DNA from: Thermoanaerobaculia bacterium
GTDB lineage: Bacteria > Acidobacteriota > Thermoanaerobaculia > Multivoradales > J023
Assembly (NCBI GenBank): GCA_030431255.1
Contig: JAUIJL010000034.1
Coordinates: 5,909-69,908 of the forward strand
Reading direction: 5' to 3'
Length of the DNA stretch: 64,000 nt
The notes beneath the pieces are model-generated. The model did no database searches and was not told the DNA's origin. It saw nothing but the letters and a program-made list of their open reading frames with translations. Positions 1 through 8,000 of the stretch are shown one piece after another. A program made the position numbers and the translations under genes. Each line of letters begins with the position of its first letter. The first letter of the stretch is position 1.

Positions 1-516
1 CTCCGGGTGGGTGAGAATTTGTTGGATCGGCTGGTTGTCGAGCAACAAGCGGAAGAGGGTGAGGAAGTAGGGCTCGAAAGCGCCGAGACCGCTGCGGGAG
101 TCGAGGCTGAATCCCACTCTGATGTAGGCCTGGGGATTCAGGATGTCGTCGAGGGTCAGGGTCGCTGAGTCGAGGCGATCGGTTTCGCGCACCAGCTGCT
201 CGTATTGGGGCATGCTGACCGTCGCACCGTAGTAGTCGTAAACCAGGCGCGCGGCGGAGGGGGCACGGCCGAATCGACCACGAAAGCCGGTGGGAGGAGT
301 CGCCGGAGCCGCGGTGTGCAAGTGGTGGTCGAACCACATCTCGCAATTCGGGTGATACGGCAAATTGGCGATGATGTCCGTCGGGCGGATCTCAACTCGA
401 TCCTCGGTCAAGTCCTGCGGGTGGACCAATAAGACGTCATCGCGCTTTTCATTCAGGCCGATGAGCACGGAACAAGCCAGGCCGTCGAGATCTCCACGGG
501 TCACGATACGCATAAG
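1..516 (-). CDS. DHH-superfamily phosphoesterase (NrnB/COG2404-like), C-terminal part cut by window edge
   Basis: Not in ORF track as a full ORF. My own translation of the minus strand from ATG at 516 (GAGGAG RBS 7 nt upstream) gives MRIVTRGDLDGLACSVL...EMWFDHHLHTA. This shows DxDG and DHH motifs and stays open to position 1. It lies directly downstream of argF on the same strand. Confidence 0.5.
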
Positions 517-608
517 AAGCTCCTCATCTCACCGGGATCATATCCCGACCGGGTGCCACGACGGGCACCCCTCCCGACATGCGGGAGGGGAAGGCGGGAA
601 TCGTGGCA

Positions 609-1610
609 TCAAGCGCCGAGGGTGGCGACCATCACGGCCTTGATGGTATGGACTCGATTCTCCGCTTGATCAAAGACCACCGAGCAAGGGGATTCAAAAA
701 CATCTTCCGTGACCTCGATGCCGTCGAGCCCCCATTTTTGGAAGACTTCCTCGCCCTTGGTGGTTTCCCGATTGTGGAAAGCCGGCAGGCAGTGGAGAAA
801 TTTGACCCGAGGATTGCCGGTTTTTTCCACCACGTCCATGTTGACTTGGAAGGGACGGAGCTGGGCGATGCGCTCTTCCCATGCCGAGTCGGGGTCGCCC
901 ATGGAGACCCATACGTCCGTGTAGAGGAAATCCACGCCTTTGACGGCCTCGGCCACATCGTCGGTGAGGGTGATTTTCGCACCGGAGGCTTCGGCGAGCT
1001 CCCGGCAAGTCGCTTCCAGCTCCGGGGTCGGTCGACAGGATTCCGGCGACGCCATGCGGAAATCGATGCCCAGCTTGGCGCTGCCCACCATCAACGAGTT
1101 GCCCATGTTGTTGCCGCCGTCTCCGAGGTAACACAGGGACATCTGATCCAAGGGTTTGGGGCAGAATTCCTGCATGGTCAGGAAGTCCGCGAGGATTTGG
1201 GTCGGATGGTATTCGTCGGTCAGGCCGTTCCACACCGGCACTCCGGCGTATTCCGCCAGCTCTTCCACCCGCTCCTGGCCGAAACCGCGATATTCGATGC
1301 CGTCGTACATGCGACCGAGCACGCGAGCGGTGTCTTTCACCGACTCTTTGTAGCCGATGTGGGATCCCGACGGGCCCAAATAGGTGATGTGGGCGCCCTG
1401 GTCAAAGGCGGCGGTTTCAAAGGCGCAGCGGGTTCGGGTCGACGATTTCTCAAAAATCAGGGCAATGTTCTTGCCGCTGAGCCGTGCCTGCTCGGTGCCG
1501 GTGTATTTGGCCCGTTTGAGGTCGCGGGAAAGATCCAGCAGGAAGTGGATTTCCTGCGGGGTGAAGTCCAACAGCTTGAGAAAGTGACGATTGCGCAAGT
1601 TGAACGCCAT
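609..1610 (-). CDS. argF: ornithine carbamoyltransferase
   Basis: 333 aa with the STRTR carbamoyl-phosphate motif, HCLP motif and DxxxG ornithine-binding region. AAGGAG RBS lies before ATG at 1610. Anabolic argF versus catabolic arcB cannot be decided from sequence alone. Confidence 0.9.
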   Translation of the reverse strand: MAFNLRNRHFLKLLDFTPQEIHFLLDLSRDLKRAKYTGTEQARLSGKNIALIFEKSSTRTRCAFETAAFDQGAHITYLGPSGSHIGYKESVKDTARVLGRMYDGIEYRGFGQERVEELAEYAGVPVWNGLTDEYHPTQILADFLTMQEFCPKPLDQMSLCYLGDGGNNMGNSLMVGSAKLGIDFRMASPESCRPTPELEATCRELAEASGAKITLTDDVAEAVKGVDFLYTDVWVSMGDPDSAWEERIAQLRPFQVNMDVVEKTGNPRVKFLHCLPAFHNRETTKGEEVFQKWGLDGIEVTEDVFESPCSVVFDQAENRVHTIKAVMVATLGA

Positions 1611-1737
1611 GGCGTGGATCTCCTTTTGGGTTGCCCGCGACGGGAGGCCGGCGGGTCGCGCGGGATGATACGTGAAACGATCATCGATTCCGAGGGCGGG
1701 AAGGGATTCGCCTCTTCGGGGAATTTCCCAAAGATAC

Positions 1738-1749
1738 TTGACTAGTCAA
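1738..1749. promoter_or_regulatory. perfect 12-bp palindrome TTGACTAGTCAA (copy 1), putative MarR operator overlapping a -35-like TTGACT 24 bp upstream of the MarR start
   Basis: Seen directly. It is identical to a second copy at 2341-2352. TTGACT, a 17-bp spacer and TACTCT (1761-1766) form a plausible sigma70 promoter. Confidence 0.45.
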
Positions 1750-1772
1750 ATAATAACCTGTACTCTTTTTCC

Positions 1773-2324
1773 ATGATGGTCGACCGCGACACCCCAGCTT
1801 CTTCCCACCCAGCCCCCAACGGCAACACCGCAAGCCGAAAGCGAAGCGTGCTGCAGGAGGAGATCCAACAGAATCGTCCGTTCAAGTCCAAGGGGCAAGA
1901 AGCTACCCTGGCGCTGTTTCGGACCGCCGACATCTTGCGTCGCAAGACCTCCGAGGTCTTCAGCGACTCGGGCATCACCCATCAGCAATACAACGTCTTG
2001 CGCATCCTGCGGGGTGCCGGCGACGACGGTTTGCCGACCCTTTCGATCGCCGACCGCATGATCGAGCAGACTCCGGGCATCACCCGGCTGATCGATCGGC
2101 TGGTGGCCAAGGAGCTGGTGATCCGAGAGCGGGTGCCCAACGACCGTCGACGGGTCCAATGTTTCATCAGCGAGTCGGGTTTGGAGCTCTTGGCTTCCCT
2201 CGACGAGCCCGTGGACGGGAACGACGACCGCGTGATGGGCATGTTGAACGAGGACGAAAAAACACATCTGGTGGAGTTGCTCGACAAAATCCGCTTGGGA
2301 TTGCGCGAGTTGGAGCCGAAGTAG
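1773..2324 (+). CDS. MarR-family transcriptional regulator
   Basis: 183 aa with a winged-helix region ...QYNVLRILRGAGDDGLPTLSIADRMIEQTPGITRLIDRLVAKELVIRERVPNDRRRVQCFISESG typical of MarR. It is divergent from argF. Confidence 0.85.
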   Translation: MMVDRDTPASSHPAPNGNTASRKRSVLQEEIQQNRPFKSKGQEATLALFRTADILRRKTSEVFSDSGITHQQYNVLRILRGAGDDGLPTLSIADRMIEQTPGITRLIDRLVAKELVIRERVPNDRRRVQCFISESGLELLASLDEPVDGNDDRVMGMLNEDEKTHLVELLDKIRLGLRELEPK

Positions 2325-2340
2325 ATTTTTGGTCAGATAG

Positions 2341-2352
2341 TTGACTAGTCAA
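2341..2352. promoter_or_regulatory. perfect 12-bp palindrome TTGACTAGTCAA (copy 2) between the MarR stop and the DoxX gene start
   Basis: Identical to copy 1. It lies 59 bp upstream of the DoxX ATG (2411), which has an AAAGGAG RBS. Confidence 0.45.
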
Positions 2353-2410
2353 TAATCAATCAGACGGTAAATAGATCAGCAAACCATAGATATCGCGAAA
2401 GGAGCCTCCC

Positions 2411-2866
2411 ATGGCCAACGAGCTGTTGCAGAAACTCACCCGCACCGAGAACGACATCGCCCCGACCATCGCCCGGATCACCGCCGGAGTGGTTCTATTG
2501 CCCCACGGATTGCAGAAAACCCTCGGTTGGTTCGGCGGCAACGGTTTCTCCGCCACCATGGACTACTTCACCGGCACCGCCGGTCTGCCGTGGATCGTCG
2601 CCCTTTTGGTGATCCTCGGCGAATCCCTCGGGGCCTTGGGCATGATCACCGGCACCCTGTCCCGCTTCGCCGCCTTCGGCTTCGTGATGATCATGACCGG
2701 CGCCATCTTCATGGCCCACGCCTCCCACGGCTTCTTCATGAATTGGTACGGCAACCAGCAGGGGGAAGGCTTCGAATACCACCTGCTGATGATCGGTCTG
2801 GCGGTGATCGTGTTGATCAAAGGCTCCGGAGCGTTCTCCGTCGACCGCGCCGTCTTCAATAAGTGA
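2411..2866 (+). CDS. DoxX-family membrane protein
   Basis: 151 aa with 3-4 predicted TM helices and the DoxX-like pattern (LLPHGLQK..GW.....F). Confidence 0.75.
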   Translation: MANELLQKLTRTENDIAPTIARITAGVVLLPHGLQKTLGWFGGNGFSATMDYFTGTAGLPWIVALLVILGESLGALGMITGTLSRFAAFGFVMIMTGAIFMAHASHGFFMNWYGNQQGEGFEYHLLMIGLAVIVLIKGSGAFSVDRAVFNK

Positions 2867-2874
2867 TCCGCGGC

Positions 2875-4782
2875 TCAAATCAAACCCATCAAACCCGGTG
2901 ACGGCTCAACGGTGATCGATTCGCCGATCGCCGGCATGTCGAGCCCCACCAACTCGCCGTCACGCCAGGTGACGAGATGCCATCCTCGATCCAAGGAGCT
3001 CGAGACGGTGAAGCGGAGCCGGGTTGGTAGGGCCGCGGGGCCGTTGTCCAACGGGTCTTGCGCGTCCCGCGGAGCGGTCTCCAAGACCTCGATACGCAGG
3101 GGCACCGCGGATTTCGGCGGCTCGATGACCCCGCCTTCTACTGAAATCGCATCAGCGAGGTAGAAGGCGCGGTCGAGGGTGGCGCGAAGATATCGTCCGT
3201 CGAGGGCTCGGGTTTCCAGGGTGCGATCGCCGGTTCGGGTCAGCTCTTGGGTCACTGGGGTGGAGGAGATCACATTCCACGAGACGGTGCCCGGCCCGTG
3301 GCGGTGCTCCCACATGATGCTCGGATAGATGGTGGTGAAGAAGTCCGGCGAGTGGACCACCAAGAACCGGCTGATGGGCTCGCCGCCGTCGACCCGGTTG
3401 GAGCTCGGGCTATTCGGATCGAGCTCACCGGCTTCCACGGCCATGGTTTCCAGGGTCTCCACGATGGAGCTCGTGGTGCGGCCGAGCTCCGCCGTCCCCC
3501 TCTGCATCTGTATTCGGAATAAGGGCGCTAGGCCCAGGTGCAGCAGGAGCAGCAGGCAGAGCGCCACACCGGCGACGGCTTTGATGGCGGGTCGCTCGGC
3601 CCGGCGCAGAAGCTTCTGGGTGTCGAGGATCCAGGTGGCGATAATCACCGAAAAACCCACGGCCGGCACCAAGAGCTGGCGATCGGAGGGGAAGGCGGGC
3701 GCGACCGCCGGTAGGGCGCCCAGGGCTCCCACCAACCACATGGGCAAGAGGTCGTTCTCGCCTTTCGGATCATCCGCTCGCGGCCCGAATAAGCGGGCTC
3801 GATGCCACCAACACCACACCAACAGCCAGACCAACACCAAGCACCCGACGATTTCGAGGGCCAGCTGCGCTTCCGGACCCATCAGCCACAGGCTGGCGGG
3901 AAAAGCCGCGAGCCCGCCGGAGAGCAACGGCGGCAAGTGTCGACCCATGCCGACCACGAATCCCTTCGGATCTTGAAGGGGATTTAAATAGACCTCGAGG
4001 TCACGGGGACCGAGCTCGAGATATCCGTAAGCCACCACGTAGGCCACTGCGAGCGCGGCTATGGGCGCGATGGCCCGAAGCCGTTCGGACCATGCCTCGC
4101 GTCGACAGCAGAGCTCATACGCCAGCGGATAGGCCATCACCGGCACGGTGGTTTCGCCGAACGCCAGGGCCACGGCGAAGATCAGCGGCGCCAGCCAACG
4201 ACCCGTGGACCAACCGTCTTCTCGATATCGGAGGTAAGCCCAAAGTCCGGCAAAGGCCACCGTCGCAGTGACCAGAGAATGTCGGTTGCAGAGCACTCCG
4301 GCGGGCATGGAGTGGCTCTCGTCGAGGGCAAAGAGCAGTAGGGCCAAGCCGGCGAGCCGAGCCGGAAGACCTCTGAAACAAAGACCCACCACACCGATCA
4401 GGGCCGCCAGCCAGAGCAAGCTGTGCAAGTGCCAGGGGAGGGGATTGCGTCCGAAAAGGGCATGGTCCAGGCGCAGCAGGGCGCTCGACAGAGGACGCCA
4501 GAAGCCGGTGCGAGTGCTCTCGGAAGTCCACCAAGGCACGTCCGGAAAATCTAGGAACGAGCTGTAGAGGTTCAGGGCGGGACGCTCGAAATCGTAAAGT
4601 CCTTCGATCAAAGCGATCTGATGGTAGTCGTCGAGAAAGAAACCGATCTCCAACGACGGCAGGGAGAGCAGCACCGCCGCGGACATCGCCAAGAAAAACA
4701 TGCGCCGCGCTTGCACGGGCTGTGAGGAGTCGGCGAGGGGCGGCGGTTTGGATTCCTTCATGGCCCTAAACTTTATCGTCAT
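2875..4782 (-). CDS. polytopic membrane protein, GT-C-fold (PMT/ArnT-like) glycosyltransferase candidate
   Basis: 635 aa with more than 10 hydrophobic helices. There is a DD motif in the first extracytoplasmic loop (FFLDDYHQ) and a soluble C-terminal domain. Confidence 0.5.
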   Translation of the reverse strand: MTIKFRAMKESKPPPLADSSQPVQARRMFFLAMSAAVLLSLPSLEIGFFLDDYHQIALIEGLYDFERPALNLYSSFLDFPDVPWWTSESTRTGFWRPLSSALLRLDHALFGRNPLPWHLHSLLWLAALIGVVGLCFRGLPARLAGLALLLFALDESHSMPAGVLCNRHSLVTATVAFAGLWAYLRYREDGWSTGRWLAPLIFAVALAFGETTVPVMAYPLAYELCCRREAWSERLRAIAPIAALAVAYVVAYGYLELGPRDLEVYLNPLQDPKGFVVGMGRHLPPLLSGGLAAFPASLWLMGPEAQLALEIVGCLVLVWLLVWCWWHRARLFGPRADDPKGENDLLPMWLVGALGALPAVAPAFPSDRQLLVPAVGFSVIIATWILDTQKLLRRAERPAIKAVAGVALCLLLLLHLGLAPLFRIQMQRGTAELGRTTSSIVETLETMAVEAGELDPNSPSSNRVDGGEPISRFLVVHSPDFFTTIYPSIMWEHRHGPGTVSWNVISSTPVTQELTRTGDRTLETRALDGRYLRATLDRAFYLADAISVEGGVIEPPKSAVPLRIEVLETAPRDAQDPLDNGPAALPTRLRFTVSSSLDRGWHLVTWRDGELVGLDMPAIGESITVEPSPGLMGLI

Positions 4783-4906
4783 CCCGCCCGGTCAGGCCCA
4801 GCACTTGGAGCCTGCGCTCTGCGTTGCCGGTGGGTGGTGGCGAATCGGTGAATAGACGGTCGGCGCGTCGAGTAGTATGGATTTGGATCCCCGAGAGTGA
4901 AGACCG

Positions 4907-4990
4907 ACGGACAGGCGGTCTGTCCGTAAATCCTCAGTGAGGACAAGAAGCCCTCCATAAAATCCTCAGTGAGGACAAGAAGCCCTCCAT
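4907..4990. repeat. hairpin (ACGGACAG-GCGGT-CTGTCCGT) followed by two tandem 32-bp repeats, each containing the palindrome CCTCAGTGAGG
   Basis: Seen directly. Repeat units are at 4927-4958 and 4959-4990 (aaaTCCTCAGTGAGGACAAGAAGCCCTCCAT), preceded by an 8-bp-stem hairpin at 4907-4927. They lie in the 260-bp region upstream of the 5042 ORF. Confidence 0.7.
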
Positions 4991-5041
4991 GAGGCTAGAG
5001 CTCGATGGGAACCCAACGGAGCCGAAACTTGTCTGAGCCGA

Positions 5042-8000
5042 GTGAGCAACATGTTTAAAAACACCTCCGAGCGACCTGAGATATCCCTTTCGCAATCTTT
5101 TGGGCTAGCCCGCAAATTTCACCAGCCTCCTGCTGCGACACCGTATCCACCTGCATCTACGGCGTCAGAAGCCGATTCTGCTCCTCAACATACTGCAAGT
5201 ATGCCTGCGTCGCAGAATGCGCCTTCTTCCTTGTATCTACAGGCGTCTCCGGCGTCTCGCGACGAAGTTGGTGAAATTTCCGGGCTAGCCGGCAAGCCAT
5301 CCATTGGGCTTCGGCGAATGCTGCTTGCGGTTTGCCTTGTCGGGCTGTGCATCCCAGCCATGTCGGCTCCAGCCTCGGCGTCGATTTGGGTTCAAGGCGC
5401 CGTTTTCGATCCCCAAGGAAAGCCCTTGGCGGATGCGAAGGTGTCTCTCTACCCCATGGTGCCCCGCCACGTCACCGGGCAATATTTGCTCCAGGGCATT
5501 CCCGGGGTGCCCGGCATCAAGTCCGCCGAATGCTCTGAACAAGGGATTTTCAAAATCGCCGCGCCGGAAGTGGGCATGTGGCGGCTTCAGGTCACGGCGC
5601 CGGGGTTCGTCGGCGCCCAGATTCGGCTGACCCCGCTGCTGGATCCCGTCGATCTGGAGCCGGTCACCCTGGCGCCCGATCGTGGTTTGGAGATCAGGGT
5701 GCTGGACGAGCAGGACCGTCCGGTGGCCGAGGCTGCGGTGGTGGCTTATCGACGCACCCCGAGTCGACGGGAGTCCCATCAGGTGGGCTCGGATTACGCC
5801 GTGCCGGTGTGGCATAGCGCGCCGTTCCTCGGTCGGACCGACGAGTCCGGCTGGGCTCGGATTCCGGCGGCCGAGCAAGACGCGGTGACCCTGCAGGTGG
5901 TGGCGCAGGGCTTCATTCAACGGCTGACCTCGGTGCGACGGCTTTCGGATCGACCCTCGACCGTACGCCTCGAACGGGGCGTGTCGACGCCGATAAAAGT
6001 CCTCGACACGCAAGGGCGACCCGTTGCTGGCGTGTTGGTGTTCCAGCAAGGGCAGCCCTATCCCGTGGCGGAGACCGGAGCCGACGGCAGCGCGGGGCTG
6101 AGCATGCCGACGGAAGGGACCTCCGCGTTCAATTTGACCCTGTCGACCTTGAAGGGTCGGTGGGGGAGCTTTTCGATGGACGTCGCTCTCGGCGACCGAG
6201 GGGGTTCCGAAAACCAGGGGGAGCCGAACGCCATGGAGCTCGTGCTGAGCCCGCCGACCTCGGTCCGCGGCAAAGTGATCGAGCGGATCGACCAAGAACC
6301 GGTGCCGGGGGCCTTGGTCTGGGACGGTCGCTTTTACGGTCGGGCGATCCGAGCCGATCGGAACGGAGAATTCGAAATCCATTTGCCGTCGGACGAAGGT
6401 TGGCTGTCCACGGGTCTCAACGGCTACCGTCCGATTTCCGGCAGCACTGCGTTGAGACATTTGCGCATCGCCGGCAAAGGGGATCTCGCGTCCATCACCC
6501 TGGAGCTTCAACCCATCGCATTCGTCTCGGGCCAAGTCGTCAACGCCCAAGGGGAGGGGATGCCGGGGGTCAGGGTGGTTCCCATTCCTTTTCAATATCG
6601 GTTGGTTAAGGAACAACGAGACGGCAAAGGTATCACCACCGGCGAGGACGGTGCCTTCGTCTTGCCCCGGCTGCTCGCCGGGGCCAACTATCGGGTGCTG
6701 CTTTCCGACCCCGTCCCTCGCCCAAAGGGTGGTGATTCCGAGAGTGCCAAGGTGCTCTCGGCGGATACCTGGATCGAGCTCGGGACCCTCGAGCCGGGAG
6801 AGCGTCGAGAGGGATTGATCTGGACCCTAGACCCCGCCCGGCCCGGCGAAGGGTGGGTGGTCGACGAGCAGGGCTCACCGGTGGTCGGCGCTGAGGTCAC
6901 CCTGCTCCAGAGCTCGGGTTTTCGGGATTGGGGAGGGAATGTCGCCGAGCTGCCCCCCGATGTCTTTACGGCTTCCACCGACGTCGAAGGGCGTTACCAC
7001 TTTCCAAATTTGCCGGCAGCTCGCTACGACCTTGCGGTGAAGGCTTCGGGTCTCGCGCCGACCCGGGTGCCGGGTATCGAGCTGCCGGTTGAGGAGCTGA
7101 GCCTCGCGGGTCCTTGGGGTCTGGGAACCGTGACCCTCGGGCCTTCGGTTTCCTTAATCGGCAAGGTGCAAGACGAGCAGGGACGTGGCATTGAAGGGGC
7201 TGAGATTCAGACGCGTCCGACCTATTTGGAGATGCGGATCTGGCGCAACGACGACATGTCGAAGCTCGAGAGCGATGGGCAGGGAAGATTCAGAGTTGAC
7301 GACCTCGCCCCGGGTCAAACCCTAGGCCTTTCAGTCCAGGCCCAGGGATATATTTCGAAAGAGATCTCTATCGTCGAGGCGCCCCAGGACGATCTTCGGG
7401 TGACCCTCATTCGAGGCTCTCGCTTGACGGGCCGCGTGGTCGATACCTCCGGGTGGCCGGTGACCGCCGCCCAGGTTCAGCTGCAACAGGATTCGATGGA
7501 CCACATGGGACGGTTCGGTTCTTCGACGGCGGTGGACGACGAGGGCAAATTTATCTTCGAGGCGGTGTCGCCGGGCCCCGCGACCTTAGAGGCGCAATCG
7601 GATCACAAGCTGGGGCAGTTTCGCTCGATCGAGATTCCGCCGGCCGGTTCCGAGCCGCTGCATGTGGAAATCGTCTTGCAAGACGGCGCGGTGGTGAGCG
7701 GACGGGTCACCACCGATCAGGGCGATCCGGTCCCCGGGGCGTATTTGAGCGCCATGAGCAAAGAGCCGAATCGGCAAAGCCATTCGCCCAACTCCGGCAT
7801 GTCCGACGCCGAAGGCCTCTTTGAGCTGCGTGGTTTGCCGGAGGGTCGGATGGTCATCACCGCTTTTCGGGAGCCGTATCTCAACGCCAGCGAGGAGATC
7901 GAGGTCACCGGCGAGCCGAGCTTTGTCGAGATCGTCTTCGAATCCGGGCACCTGGTCACCGGTCGGGTCCTGAACGAAAGCGGCGAAGCCGTTGCTGGGG

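Noticed and set aside
1720-1731. GGGGAATTTCCC as an ArgR/other operator
   Set aside because: It is an imperfect palindrome (5 of 6 per arm) without a second copy. Not enough evidence.
4927-4990. CRISPR array
   Set aside because: There are only two directly abutting repeat units with no spacers, and no cas genes anywhere in the window.
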